64,000 nt of DNA. It comes from Deltaproteobacteria bacterium (lineage in GTDB: Bacteria > Myxococcota_A > UBA9160 > UBA4427). Below, piece by piece: positions 1-10,557 of this stretch. Under the pieces are notes generated by a model, which saw only the letters and a list, made by a program, of their open reading frames with translations, was not told where the DNA came from and ran no database searches. The first letter of the stretch is position 1. Each line of letters begins with the position of its first letter. A program made the position numbers and the translations under genes. The stretch lies in NCBI GenBank assembly GCA_029261835.1, contig JAJDAO010000072.1, positions 74,841 to 138,840 of the forward strand, written 5' to 3'.

Positions 1-950
1 TCCATCCAGTAGTTGTTGAGCTGGAAGTTCCAGTGCTCGCATTCGGGCGGCGTCACTTCGATGACGAGTGCTTCGTCGAGATCCAGACGCCAGTGGCTGT
101 GGTAGTAGGTGATGTGTGGGTCGCCGCCCGCCGCCTTCGAGATCTCCGGGTCGAAGAGCGGAAGCTGATTGGAGTGGCGCTTGAAGTCCCGGGCCCACTT
201 GGCGAAGAGAAGAGACGCACCCACCACCAGTGTCCCGACCGAGCGCAGACCTTCGTCGATGAGCTGTGGCGTCACGCGGCCCGGCTGGCTGGCACCGCTG
301 ATGCACTCGATGCTGAGCTCGGCGGGCTCCTCGTTCTCGCGATCCAGGAACGTCTGCCGAACGATGAGAGTTCCGGATTCGCGCGTCATCGGCAGCCAGT
401 TGCCGGAATGCTCGCGACTGCTCAGGATAATGGTGAAGCGACCGTCGTCGGCGATCTCCATCTCTGAGCCCTCCAGATAGCCGGTGGGAGGCATGCTCCC
501 CCCCTGGCCGTAATGGCCGATCTGGGTGCCGAATCCGAGGTACTTCACGGTTCTACGATCGCCGCTGATGCGGTATTCGTACTCGCCACTGATGCGGGCG
601 GTCATATAGTAGTTGTCCGGATTGTCCGCCCCCATCTTCGTGGTCTCGTGCACGACACGATGAAGCACGGGCGCCATCGGATCCGCGTGTTCGACGAAGG
701 CTTCCAGTCCCGCGCGAGCCAGCCGGGTCAGGTAGCGGTAGCCCTCGGCCTGGTTGAACGCATCGCGCGGCGTACCGGGAAAGCTGAGCGAGGCACCCGC
801 GGCCTTGAGCGTGTCACAGAACTCCTCCCAGGCCTTTCCGCTGAGAATCCGCTCCGCAGCGAGATCGGCGTCGTCCACTCTCCGGACGCGCCTCGAATAG
901 AGCGAGATCTTGCGAAAGAGTCCAAGGAGTGAGATGAGCAGCTTTCTCAA
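1..950 (-). CDS. DUF1214-domain protein (C-terminal end runs off window start)
   Basis: Minus-strand open frame absent from the ORF track because it has no stop in the window. TTG at 950-948 lies 6 nt after GGAG (960-957). My translation LRKLLISLLGLF...GADNPDNYYMTARISGEYEYRISG...EHWNFQLNNYWM resembles DUF1214/DUF1254-type proteins as I recall them. Confidence 0.55.
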   Translation of the reverse strand, partial: MRKLLISLLGLFRKISLYSRRVRRVDDADLAAERILSGKAWEEFCDTLKAAGASLSFPGTPRDAFNQAEGYRYLTRLARAGLEAFVEHADPMAPVLHRVVHETTKMGADNPDNYYMTARISGEYEYRISGDRRTVKYLGFGTQIGHYGQGGSMPPTGYLEGSEMEIADDGRFTIILSSREHSGNWLPMTRESGTLIVRQTFLDRENEEPAELSIECISGASQPGRVTPQLIDEGLRSVGTLVVGASLLFAKWARDFKRHSNQLPLFDPEISKAAGGDPHITYYHSHWRLDLDEALVIEVTPPECEHWNFQLNNYWM

Positions 951-1215
951 TTGCGTCTCCTGGTTGCCGCGCTCAGTGCGATCGACCGCCTATTCGACGT
1001 CGTTCTCGAGATCGTGCACGACACGTACTCGATGAGTGCGATCGCTGCGAGCCGGCCCTCGCGCCCTCTATAGCGCTGGCGAATCGCCGCAGTCACACGA
1101 GCGCCACGGTAGCACCTGGGCTGGGGGCACGGCGCCCGCGTCATGCGAAACGAACGCAGGGGGACGGGGGCGAGGGTTCACTGCTCTCGTCGCATACGAG
1201 CACGATGTAAGAAGG

Positions 1216-3366
1216 TCAAATGATGAAGCGCTCGACTTCCGACTCGAGATCTTCGGATTTCTGTCGGAGGCTGGCTACCGTCTCGGCCACCACGCTGGCC
1301 CGCTGAGTGCTCTCAGAGACGGCCTGACCGAACACTTCGATCGCCTGGCGTATCTCACTGCCGCTTCTGCCCTGCTCCTCGGCCGCATCGGCAATCTGTT
1401 GAATGCGGCTGGCGACCTCCTCGACGACCGTCGTGATCACTTGGCTGGACTGGCTCTGCTCGTGGCTCGCCGTCTTGATCTGATGCGCGAGCCCACCGAG
1501 CTCGTCCATGGCGCCTCGAATCTGCGTGCTTGCCCTCTCCTGCTCACGGGTCGCGTTGTCGAGCTGTTCCGCGACGTCGCGCAGCCGTACCATCGTCTTG
1601 CTCACCTGACCGATGTCGCGGGCTTGCTGCGACGTCGACATCACGATTTCGTCTGCGTTCGACATGCACTCTTGCGTGCTTTCTCTGATCCCGCTCAGCA
1701 GGCTGCCCGCCTCCTTTGAGAGCGCGACGCCCAGATCGACGCGTTTCGAGCCTCCAGCTATGGCCTCCACAGCACCGTCGACTTCCTCCTGCACGTCCTC
1801 GATGAGAGCGCGGATCTCTTGGGTGGAGCTCGTGGTACGGTCGGCCAAGCTGCTGACCTGCTGAGCCACCACGGCGAAGGCCCGGCCGTGCTCACCGGCC
1901 TGAGCCGAGATGATGGTCGCATTGAGTGCCAGCAGGTGCGTCTGCTCGAGGACACCTTCGATAACTCGATTGATCTCCCCAATCGAGTTCGACTTCTCCG
2001 ACAAACTCGAGACGATCTTCTCGAGGCCTCGATAGCTGGCGAAGATGTCATCCATGCTCTCGCAGGTCTCGTCGACCTTCTCCATGCCGCGCTCTGCCTG
2101 CTCCCGAACGGCCTGGGTCAGCTCGTGAGTCTGCTGAGCAGTCTGCTCGACATCCACCACGGCCTTGCCGAGAGCCTGGAGTGAGCTCGCGGTCGAATCG
2201 GTCGACGTACTCAGGAGCTCTGCGCTCTTCGCGATCTGGCTCATTGAAGTCGTCAGATCGCCCACGGCCGAGGCAGCACCGTCGACGCTCTCCGAATGGC
2301 GGTCGACGAGTGCGACTGTTTCGTTGAATGAATCATCGAGCTCCGTCACCGAGGTCGATGCCCGCACTGCAGCAGACGACAGCGAGTCGACGTTCGACGC
2401 AACTTCACTCACCGCGAGGCCGACATGCTCGACCGAGCTGCTCGCCGCTCCCACGGCCTGCTCCTGACGGCTCACGCTCGAAGACATCTCGCTGCTGGCG
2501 CCGTGAAGTATGGCGGTCACCTCGCTTACCGCCTCTGTGTGTGCATGCACTCCGCGCACCAGATCAAGCAGACCTTGGGCCATCTGACCCAGGGTGACGA
2601 GCAATGCAGTGACTTCATCCTGTGATTCTTGCTCGCAGTGGACAGACTTCGCGATGTCCTCGACGCCGGCGCTGAGATCGCCCCGAGAGAGAGTCCCAGC
2701 GATCCGTATGGCGTCCGTAACAGGGCTCGTCACGGCGGCCGCTACCGCGCGGGCTGTAAGTCCCAGCGCAACCAGGCAGATGACCAGAATCGCAGCAATC
2801 GAGACCGTCAGATCGCGTTGGGCGCCTCTCGCTCGCGCGAAGGCCGTTCGGATGTCCTGCTGAGCGCCAATCGTGTCAGCCTCCAGCACGCTGCTGATCT
2901 CGTTGTGTCCATCTGACATCGCCTGGAGCGCCGGAGTGAACTCCTCCGCGAAGTCACGGCCGATCATTCCCTCGCTCGTACGCTTCGCGAGTTCGTAGTA
3001 CGCGATGAACTGGTGCTCCAGCTGATCCAGATGACCCCGATCGATCATCGGGTTGTCGCGGCCCTTCGCGAGCTGCTCCAGGAATTCGTCGCGCAGCAGA
3101 TCTGCGACCGCCAGCTCGACCACATTCTCTGTACCCACTGCATCCTGAAGTTGCCTCTGAATGCCGGCAAGCAGATTCTCGAGGTCGCGATTCAGCTCGA
3201 CGGCGGGATAGTGGCCGCTCTCGATGAACTCGAGCGCATGCTGACTCTTGCTCCCGAGCACGAGACTGGCAGCGAGAACCAGACAGAAGGCAGCTCCGGC
3301 CACGATCGGCATGACGACCATCTTGTGTCCAAACCTAAGGCGACTCAGAATCCGCATTTGCTCCAT
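1216..3366 (-). CDS. methyl-accepting chemotaxis protein (periplasmic sensor, HAMP, signalling domain)
   Basis: ORF 1216..3441 trimmed to ATG 3366 (GAAGGAAAG directly upstream, TM helix follows). Conserved MCP hairpin motif LLALNATIISAQAGEHGRAFAVVAQQV. Confidence 0.9.
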   Translation of the reverse strand: MEQMRILSRLRFGHKMVVMPIVAGAAFCLVLAASLVLGSKSQHALEFIESGHYPAVELNRDLENLLAGIQRQLQDAVGTENVVELAVADLLRDEFLEQLAKGRDNPMIDRGHLDQLEHQFIAYYELAKRTSEGMIGRDFAEEFTPALQAMSDGHNEISSVLEADTIGAQQDIRTAFARARGAQRDLTVSIAAILVICLVALGLTARAVAAAVTSPVTDAIRIAGTLSRGDLSAGVEDIAKSVHCEQESQDEVTALLVTLGQMAQGLLDLVRGVHAHTEAVSEVTAILHGASSEMSSSVSRQEQAVGAASSSVEHVGLAVSEVASNVDSLSSAAVRASTSVTELDDSFNETVALVDRHSESVDGAASAVGDLTTSMSQIAKSAELLSTSTDSTASSLQALGKAVVDVEQTAQQTHELTQAVREQAERGMEKVDETCESMDDIFASYRGLEKIVSSLSEKSNSIGEINRVIEGVLEQTHLLALNATIISAQAGEHGRAFAVVAQQVSSLADRTTSSTQEIRALIEDVQEEVDGAVEAIAGGSKRVDLGVALSKEAGSLLSGIRESTQECMSNADEIVMSTSQQARDIGQVSKTMVRLRDVAEQLDNATREQERASTQIRGAMDELGGLAHQIKTASHEQSQSSQVITTVVEEVASRIQQIADAAEEQGRSGSEIRQAIEVFGQAVSESTQRASVVAETVASLRQKSEDLESEVERFII

Positions 3367-3373
3367 CTTTCCT

Positions 3374-3817
3374 TCAGCGCTCGATCTTGACGGCCCTGAG
3401 GCCGCGGAGATCGGATTGCCTGGACACATATCCGATCGCACCTCGATTCGTCTTCACGAACTCGACGACATCCCTATCCGTCGACTTCTCGGGGGGCGGC
3501 ACCGCACGGCCGGTGAAGATTTGCTTCTGCCAGTATCTCTTGATCGAATTGACACGCTTTCCGTGGATATCTCGGGTGAATCGCGCTCGGGCTGAGGAGG
3601 AGCTGATGAGGTCGACGGGCCTGATCTCGATGCCGTCCGGCCAGCTCGTCTCTTTCCCGGTGAAGATCCTCACGAGGCGCTCGCGCGACAGTGAAGAGAC
3701 CGGATTGTTCCGATTCACGATGACCGTAAAGCCATCGGTTGCGAGCGCGGACAGGGGTGACAGTAGAGACAGCACCAGCAGCGCCACAATCGTCTGCCCC
3801 TCTCGCCAGCCCATCAT
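3374..3817 (-). CDS. small secreted PstS/PBP-like substrate-binding domain protein
   Basis: 147 aa with a signal peptide (LLVLSLLSPLSALA). FTGKETSWPDG...GAIGYV pattern is typical of phosphate-binding-protein-like domains. Stop lies 5 nt before the MCP start. Confidence 0.7.
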   Translation of the reverse strand: MMGWREGQTIVALLVLSLLSPLSALATDGFTVIVNRNNPVSSLSRERLVRIFTGKETSWPDGIEIRPVDLISSSSARARFTRDIHGKRVNSIKRYWQKQIFTGRAVPPPEKSTDRDVVEFVKTNRGAIGYVSRQSDLRGLRAVKIER

Positions 3818-3895
3818 TGAAGTCGCTCTCCTTGCGTGTGCCCGCTTGCCAATCTCCGAGGGTCCAAGCGGAGAATGCCGTCACTGGATCGATGC

Positions 3896-5170
3896 TCAAA
3901 AATCGACCACGAACCCCGCGAGAAAGGCATCGTTGTCCATCGATGGTCCGTTCTCGAACGCGAATCGATATTCAGTCTTGATCCGAAAGTGCTGGTAGAT
4001 CTCAAAGGCGGCGCCCAGCGACAGGTGCGTCTGCTCATCACTTGCGTGGCGATCCAGCTCGATCTGGCCGACTCGAGCCACGAAGAGGGTCGATTCGAGG
4101 AAGCGACAGTCGACGTCGAGCGTGTACCCGAGCTGGGCGTACCAACCAGCTTGGTATAGATCTGTTGTGAAGAAGGCGGCAAAGGTATCGGACGTGGCCA
4201 AACCAGCGCGATCCAGTTTGGCATAGACGTATTCGGCTCGTAGCTCGAATCCCTGCCAGCGGGCGGCCGTATCGGCGCCGAGGAAGAGTAACTCCGGGTC
4301 GCCACCCGTCCTCCTGAACTTCTGGTGGTGCACGGATGCACCAACCTCGACCCACGGCCAGAAGACCGCGGCCAATCGGCCTGTCACGGCAAGGCCGGTG
4401 TTGATGTTCCTGCTCTGGCGACTCGAGCGGCGAGAGGTCAGGGGATCGGACTCGAATTCAGTACCGCCGAGCCCGTTGGACACGGAGACCTCGTACGTGA
4501 AGCGGAGCTGATCACTTGGCCCCACATCACCCGAGAGCATCAGGCCGTGCTGGTAGAAGTTCCCCGGGATGATCTGACGAAAGGCAGTCGGACGGGAAAC
4601 GAGGTGGTTGACCGAAGGATACCAGACGAAGCGTTCTATCCCGAACGGCGCGTAGAAGCGACCCGCAGTGAAGGTCAGCCAATCTGCGATACCCCACGCA
4701 AGGAACGCCTGGTCGATCTCCACGTCTTCGAAGGCATGCTCGAACTCGATCTCGACGTGGCTCCGGAGATTGGGGTGCAGCAGCGCGTCGACAAAAACGT
4801 TGACGTGGTGCAGATCGAAGGTGGGGTGGCCACTCTCTGAGCCGTCGGGACCGGCGTCGATGAACTCGAGATTGATGAAGCCGTGGACATCCACACGGAT
4901 GTCCGAAATTCCGTAGAGCTTGCGCCAGCTCCGAGACGGATGGAAGTCGGAACGCTCCGAGCCGATCTCGGACTCGAACGATTCGTCCTCCTGATGCTGC
5001 TCGGCCAGCTCATCCAGAAGATCCTGTTGCCGAGCGACCGTGCTCTGGAGTTCGTCGACCTGCTCTCGCAGCACCGCGGCCGAGTCGGTCGCGGCGGCCG
5101 ACGCGCTGGAGAACGACACCCCCAGCGCGGCCACCAGCAACGCGCGTGCAGATCCCCGGATAGTGGGCAT
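3896..5170 (-). CDS. outer-membrane porin, OprO/OprP-like (N-terminal coiled coil plus beta-barrel)
   Basis: Signal peptide ending ASAAA, a Q/E-rich coiled-coil segment, alternating beta-strand pattern, C-terminal aromatic ...GFVVDF. GAGGAGGGG SD precedes ATG 5170. Confidence 0.7.
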   Translation of the reverse strand: MPTIRGSARALLVAALGVSFSSASAAATDSAAVLREQVDELQSTVARQQDLLDELAEQHQEDESFESEIGSERSDFHPSRSWRKLYGISDIRVDVHGFINLEFIDAGPDGSESGHPTFDLHHVNVFVDALLHPNLRSHVEIEFEHAFEDVEIDQAFLAWGIADWLTFTAGRFYAPFGIERFVWYPSVNHLVSRPTAFRQIIPGNFYQHGLMLSGDVGPSDQLRFTYEVSVSNGLGGTEFESDPLTSRRSSRQSRNINTGLAVTGRLAAVFWPWVEVGASVHHQKFRRTGGDPELLFLGADTAARWQGFELRAEYVYAKLDRAGLATSDTFAAFFTTDLYQAGWYAQLGYTLDVDCRFLESTLFVARVGQIELDRHASDEQTHLSLGAAFEIYQHFRIKTEYRFAFENGPSMDNDAFLAGFVVDF

Positions 5171-5256
5171 ATCCCCTCCTCGGAATCTCGCCCTGAGACC
5201 GTTCGTCTGATCTAATCGGCGATTGTGAACGACCGACTTGAGAATTTTTCACTACT

Positions 5257-5293
5257 GAGGCCGAGCAGAGGATGTCGGGGCTGCTCGGCCCTC
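5257..5293 (-). terminator. GC-rich hairpin downstream of the COG1233 operon (possible intrinsic terminator)
   Basis: gaggccgagcag (5257-5268) pairs with ctgctcggcc(c)tc (5281-5293), a 10-12 bp stem with a 12-nt loop. No clear U-tract on either strand. Confidence 0.35.
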
Positions 5294-5404
5294 GAGTGAA
5301 ACCATCAGGCGATGCGATCGGGTGATGCACCGGGGAGGTGGGCCGCGAGCCGGATCAGCCGCGGACACGGCCGCCATCAGGTGGCGGAGCGGACTGAACT
5401 TGCC

Positions 5405-7093
5405 CTACTCCTGCAAGTAGATCCTGATGTACCGCTCCATCTCGGAGGTCGGTCGCCACCACTTCGCGATGGCCATGTCCTCGGCCACTTTGTTCGCCCC
5501 CAGGTAGCCTGGGCCACCCAGGACCAGCCCGCCGGGATAGGTGGAGGCCCCGCAAACGTACAGGCCTTCGATCGGAGTGTCGGTGCCGGAGCAGTCTTGG
5601 TTGGGTCGGAAGCAGCCCATCTGAAGCGGGCCGTAGTCGCCGTGCTTGATGGCACCACGCCGCATCTGCGGAAAGCGGATCTCGATCTCTTCGGGGTCCT
5701 CCATGCCGATCGAGACGATCTTGTCGTGCGTCAGATTCGGGGCCGCTTTCTGCCAGCGCGACAGCATCGCCTCCTGGACCTCCTTCCTGCGGTCCAGCCA
5801 GCCGCCCTCGATGCCGTATGGAGCGTGGATCTGGAACATCGAGACGTACTTTCCGGGCCGGTCGCTCAGCGTGGGATCGAGCAAGCTCTCGCAGGTCGAG
5901 TGGCCTCCGAAGCTCGTGAGGTCGAGTCGGCCGGCCGCCACGTTGTCCCAGTGCGAGATCAGCTGATCGACGCTCTCTATCCCGATCACCGTGGCGAAGG
6001 CCTCATCGATCCACGGATCGTCACAGGCGTACTTCGGCGGCTCATCGGCGGCGATATGCAGCGTATTGAAGCTCCACTTGTCCCAGGCCCATCCCTCTAC
6101 ATCTCCCAAGATGGAGTCCGGAAGATGCTCCCGGCCCACGAGGTCGAGGAAGGTGGTGTGGGGATCCAAGGTGGACATCACCGCCTTGGCGCGCAGCACG
6201 CGCCCCTCGTGGGCCAGCTGCACGCCGACGGCGCGGCCGTTCTGCATGATGATCTTGTCGACCCCGGCCGCCTCCAGGATCAATCCGCCGTGCTTGACGA
6301 CCTCGCGCGCCAGGGCGCTGCCGAATTTGTGCGAGCCACCGTAGCAGTAACACTTGTTCACTGTTCGATCGAGCATCAACGGCACCATGAAGCCCAGGCC
6401 CGTCTCGTGCGGATCGAGTCCCCACATGCAGCTCGCGTAGAGCATCATCGTGCGGACCTTCTCGTGCTCGAAGGTGTTCGTGATGATCTCGAACGGGCTG
6501 TACTCGCCGAGCTCCAACATCTCGCGACCGAGCTCGGTCCTCTCCATCGCCATCGTGATCTCGATTGGTGCCATCGGCGGTACGTAGGTGGCTGGAGCCA
6601 CGATCTCGTCGACGATCTTCCGCCACTTCCGGATCACCGAGCCGAAGGTGATCGCATCCTTGAACGAGTACTTGCTGATCGAGTCCTTCGTGTCCTGCAC
6701 CATGCGGCTCATCAGGATGGAGGAACCATCCTCGAACACCATGCCGGTCTGGGCGTTCGGCTTGATCCACGTCAGCGCCGGACCGTCGAGATCGAAGTCA
6801 CGAATCGCCGGCATGTAGTCGACCATCATGTGATAGAGGACGTGCGGATTAGAGGCGTAGCAGGGATACAGATTCTCCTCTGTCGCCAGACCGCCGCCCA
6901 CCTCGAAGCGACGCTCGCAGACCGCCACGCTGAGCCCTGCCTTGGCGAGGTAGGCCGCCGCGATCAATCCGTTCGGGCCGGCGCCGATGATGACGACGTC
7001 GAACTCGCTCTCCTGCGGGAACTCTTCCTGCATGTGGCCGAATAGGTCGCTGGGATCGTACTTGAACTTCGACTCGTAGCTGAAATTCGACAT
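5405..7093 (-). CDS. NAD(P)/FAD-dependent oxidoreductase, phytoene-desaturase (CrtI/COG1233) family, paralogue 1
   Basis: 562 aa. Dinucleotide-binding motif [31 protein letters not shown]; C-terminal [25 protein letters not shown]. Confidence 0.9.
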   Translation of the reverse strand: MSNFSYESKFKYDPSDLFGHMQEEFPQESEFDVVIIGAGPNGLIAAAYLAKAGLSVAVCERRFEVGGGLATEENLYPCYASNPHVLYHMMVDYMPAIRDFDLDGPALTWIKPNAQTGMVFEDGSSILMSRMVQDTKDSISKYSFKDAITFGSVIRKWRKIVDEIVAPATYVPPMAPIEITMAMERTELGREMLELGEYSPFEIITNTFEHEKVRTMMLYASCMWGLDPHETGLGFMVPLMLDRTVNKCYCYGGSHKFGSALAREVVKHGGLILEAAGVDKIIMQNGRAVGVQLAHEGRVLRAKAVMSTLDPHTTFLDLVGREHLPDSILGDVEGWAWDKWSFNTLHIAADEPPKYACDDPWIDEAFATVIGIESVDQLISHWDNVAAGRLDLTSFGGHSTCESLLDPTLSDRPGKYVSMFQIHAPYGIEGGWLDRRKEVQEAMLSRWQKAAPNLTHDKIVSIGMEDPEEIEIRFPQMRRGAIKHGDYGPLQMGCFRPNQDCSGTDTPIEGLYVCGASTYPGGLVLGGPGYLGANKVAEDMAIAKWWRPTSEMERYIRIYLQE

Positions 7094-7138
7094 GCTTTGC
7101 TCGCTTCCTCTGCGGCGACCTGCGGGCCGCTGCGCTGT

Positions 7139-8860
7139 TCAGGGGCGCCTGGCTGAGATCTTGCCTTCTTGCGGGATGTAGTACGGCGACGCGTACCACC
7201 ACTTGCCGGGCTCCGCGATTCCGTCTTCGATCAGGATGTGCATCAGGTTGTACGGAATGGCCATCAGGCAGAGTCCACCGGGATGGCCCGATGTCTGATG
7301 CGCGTGATACAGACCTTCGATCGGCGTGCGATAGCGGGCCAGCTCGGGCAGCGGCCGATTGGTCCAGAGCTGATCCTCATCGTGTCGGCTGCCGCACCAT
7401 GTGCCCCCGATGAGTCCGGTATTGCGAAACTCGATATCGCGACCCGTCGCGCTCCAATGGTGGATGAGGTTGTCGTCGTCGAGACCGTCCACCATCTGGC
7501 TGTAGGATTCGCGCATGAATCGGTCCATCTCGTCCTTGTGCCGATCGAGCGCGTCCTCGCCCTCCGTGTGGTAGTCCGGAGACGTCACGGCCATCTCGAA
7601 GGCATTCGAGATGTAGCCCCTTGGATAGCTGGCCTGGCAGTCCGTCGGGTCGAACGACTGTGGCGGTGTCTGGAACCAGAGTGCGCGCTCGGGCGGCACC
7701 GTCGGTTGCCCCTTGCGACCGTCCACGTCCCTCACGTTCTCGTAGTAGATCTCGCGAGAGTCGCACGGGTAGATGCCGAGGCCCGGCTGGCGGTTCTCGC
7801 CGACGTAGCGCGCCTCGCCGAGTTCCCGGAACCTCTCTTTGTACGTGAGCTGCTTCTTCGTGTGGAAGACCGATACGTAGAGTGTCTGATTCTTCAGGCT
7901 GATGTCCTTGATCGTGCGAATCAGGGCGGGGTCCAGGTGCTTCGGGCCGACCATCTTGAGGAATGCCTGATGTACATCGCAGGCGGCAATCACGGCCTTG
8001 TTGGCCCGAATCGTCTTGCCTCCCGCGGCCGCCGTCTCGCGCAGTCGCACCCCCACCGCGCGGCCGTCCTCGATCAGGATTTCGTCGACCGGGCAGCTCG
8101 TTCGGATCACGGCCCCGCGGTGCACGGCGGCGCGGTGAATGGCGTGGAAGTAGCCGTGCAAACCGCCCCGCGGAATGCTGTTCTTGCCGGTATTGGGCAG
8201 CGTCAGAAGCTGAACACAGAGTGCCGCCGGGATCGCCACACCCTCCCAGTGGCCGGCCGCTCCCGAAGCCCAAGCCGCAAAGGCCATGCCGGTCTTGAAC
8301 GGCTCGGTCTCGAGGTGTTCGTCCATCAGGTCGAACATCGTCATCTCGCGCAGCTCCGGCGTCCAGATGTCGGGCTGATGCTTCTTGTAGACCTGCATGT
8401 ACGGCGTGTTCTCATCCGTCACCTCGACGTCGGACGGATGCGGCGGACACCAGAACGTGGCGCGCAACAGCTCACGGGTGAACGGCGGCTGGCCCAGCAT
8501 TCCACCGATCTTGGCCCAGCCGAGCTTGTCCGCGTCCGAAATCGCACGCCAACCATCCGTGCACGCCAGACCTGCATTGGCGGCCTCCATCGGATTCGTC
8601 GGTTCCCACTCCATGCGGAAGCCGTACTTGTGGAGCTCGAGCTGCTCGAAACCCGGAGCCGCTGAGGCGTACATCAGCATGGCGTGCGGATAGATCCGCA
8701 CGCCGGGTATCGGTTCCTGGGTCTCGCAGGCGCCACCGCACTCGGTTCTCTCCTCGAGAACACAGACACTGAGCCCGCACTTGGCCAAGTAGGCGGCCGT
8801 CGTCATTCCGTTCGGACCCGCGCCCACGATGACGATGTCGAATCTCTCGTCCTTACCCAT
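7139..8860 (-). CDS. NAD(P)/FAD-dependent oxidoreductase, COG1233 family, paralogue 2
   Basis: 573 aa. DIVIVGAGPNGMTTAAYLAKCGLSVCVLEER; C-terminal YRTPIEGLYHAHQTSGHPGG. Confidence 0.9.
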   Translation of the reverse strand: MGKDERFDIVIVGAGPNGMTTAAYLAKCGLSVCVLEERTECGGACETQEPIPGVRIYPHAMLMYASAAPGFEQLELHKYGFRMEWEPTNPMEAANAGLACTDGWRAISDADKLGWAKIGGMLGQPPFTRELLRATFWCPPHPSDVEVTDENTPYMQVYKKHQPDIWTPELREMTMFDLMDEHLETEPFKTGMAFAAWASGAAGHWEGVAIPAALCVQLLTLPNTGKNSIPRGGLHGYFHAIHRAAVHRGAVIRTSCPVDEILIEDGRAVGVRLRETAAAGGKTIRANKAVIAACDVHQAFLKMVGPKHLDPALIRTIKDISLKNQTLYVSVFHTKKQLTYKERFRELGEARYVGENRQPGLGIYPCDSREIYYENVRDVDGRKGQPTVPPERALWFQTPPQSFDPTDCQASYPRGYISNAFEMAVTSPDYHTEGEDALDRHKDEMDRFMRESYSQMVDGLDDDNLIHHWSATGRDIEFRNTGLIGGTWCGSRHDEDQLWTNRPLPELARYRTPIEGLYHAHQTSGHPGGLCLMAIPYNLMHILIEDGIAEPGKWWYASPYYIPQEGKISARRP

Positions 8861-8928
8861 GGCTCTTCCTCCAATCTCTCAACCGAACGCGTACGGACCG
8901 TGCGCAGGCGGAGCCGATAACAAAAGCA

Positions 8929-10557
8929 TCAGATGTATCCTTCCTCACGCGCCGCTGTCACGTAGTCGAGCTCCTGCCACCACTTCTCGATTCCGAAGTC
9001 CTCAGCGATGGCGTTGGAGCAGTTGTATCCCGGTCCGAAGAGCACCATCCCACCCGGGGCCACACTCGCCCCTCCGAGGTACAACCCCTGAATCGGGGTC
9101 CGATAGTGGGAGCACTCGTCATTGGGCCTGAGGTACCCCATCTGAAGTGGTTGATAAGCGCCCTGCTTGTAGCTGCCCCGTACCATGTTGGCGAACTTGT
9201 TCTGGATATCAGCCGGCGTGGTGAGATAGGTCCACAGCACGTTGTCGGCGGACAGATTCGGCACGTACTGCCGCAGCAACGCGAGCCGTTGCTCGCTGAT
9301 CTCTTCGCGCGTCTCATGCGCGAGCCAGCGCTCGCTTCCTCCGTCGGCCAGATCGAACGGCGCCATCTGTGAGAGGAGCCCCGTGGCGCGACCCACGGGT
9401 GCCTGGAAGGAGTCATGGACGCTGGGGAAGCAGGCGTTGAAGCCGACATCGGCGGCAAGCCGGCCTTCTCTCATCGCCCCCCAGTGATCGAGCAGATCGC
9501 CGAGGCTCTCGTAGCCCATCAGATAGATGAAAGCTCGGTCGACTTCGGGCTCACTCTCGGCGGCGGCGAAGTGCGGAGGTTCGGCGAGTGCCAGATGGAG
9601 GTTGCAGAGGCTCCACTCCTCCCATTCCCAAGTGCGAAGACCCTCGACGAAGTCCCGCTCGAGGTTCTCCTCTCCAACGTAGGCGAGGAATGTCTGGTGC
9701 AGATCGATCGTGCTCACCACGGCCTTCTCGGCCGACAGGTGAGTGCCGTCCTGCATCTCCACCCCGCAAGCCCGTCCCCGCTCGACGACGATCCGCCGAA
9801 TCTCGGCTCCCGTTCGGATCTGCCCCCCGTGCTCGAAGATGCACTTGAGCAGTGCGTTCGAAACGCGGTGTGAGCCGCCGGCCGTGAGTCGGTAGTTCGC
9901 CATTCGATCCAGGTAGATGGGGACCATGTAGCTGACGCCCGACTGGTCGTGCTCGAGGCCCCAATGGCAGGCCATGTAGAGCATCAGCGTGCGAACATGA
10001 TCATCTTCGAACAGGTCGAAGACGATCTCCTGTGGTGTCTTCTCCGCGTACTCGGAGAGAGCGCGACCCAGCTCGGTTTCCTCTGCCCGAGCCGCCATCT
10101 CCAGAGCGCCCTCCATGGGAACGTAGGTCTGCGGAGCGAGAATGTGTCGCATCATGCGAGCGAAATCGTGCCGCATCTCGCGATAGCTCTCGGCGTCCCG
10201 CTTCGAGAAGCGCGCGATCGACTGGCACGACTTCTCGATGTCGCTGTGGATGCAGAGGCACCGCCCGTCTTTCAGCGGCATCGCAACTTGTGGCTCGGGC
10301 TGGATGTGCTTCACGCCGTAGCGGCTCTCCAACTCGAAGTCGCGGTAGACGGGCGCGTAGTCGACCATCATCTTGTAGATCGCGTGGGTGTTGTGATAGT
10401 ACTCGGGAAGCGTCACCTGCTCAGTCGCCAACCCCCCACCGGCTTCGAAACGCTTCTCGAGCAGCAAGACACGCTGCCCGGCACGGCTCAGGTACGCACC
10501 CGCCGCGAGCCCGTTGGGACCGCTACCGATGATGATGACATCGTAGCTCTGCGTCAT
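8929..10557 (-). CDS. NAD(P)/FAD-dependent oxidoreductase, COG1233 family, paralogue 3
   Basis: 542 aa. DVIIIGSGPNGLAAGAYLSRAGQRVLLLEKR; C-terminal YRTPIQGLYLGGASVAPGG. Its start overlaps the stop of paralogue 4 by 4 nt. Confidence 0.9.
   Translation of the reverse strand: MTQSYDVIIIGSGPNGLAAGAYLSRAGQRVLLLEKRFEAGGGLATEQVTLPEYYHNTHAIYKMMVDYAPVYRDFELESRYGVKHIQPEPQVAMPLKDGRCLCIHSDIEKSCQSIARFSKRDAESYREMRHDFARMMRHILAPQTYVPMEGALEMAARAEETELGRALSEYAEKTPQEIVFDLFEDDHVRTLMLYMACHWGLEHDQSGVSYMVPIYLDRMANYRLTAGGSHRVSNALLKCIFEHGGQIRTGAEIRRIVVERGRACGVEMQDGTHLSAEKAVVSTIDLHQTFLAYVGEENLERDFVEGLRTWEWEEWSLCNLHLALAEPPHFAAAESEPEVDRAFIYLMGYESLGDLLDHWGAMREGRLAADVGFNACFPSVHDSFQAPVGRATGLLSQMAPFDLADGGSERWLAHETREEISEQRLALLRQYVPNLSADNVLWTYLTTPADIQNKFANMVRGSYKQGAYQPLQMGYLRPNDECSHYRTPIQGLYLGGASVAPGGMVLFGPGYNCSNAIAEDFGIEKWWQELDYVTAAREEGYI

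Noticed and set aside
975-1044. 10-nt direct repeat AGTGCGATCG (975-984 and 1035-1044) upstream of the DUF1214 gene
   Set aside because: It is short and GC-rich, has no dyad symmetry or phasing with a promoter-like element, and is compatible with chance.
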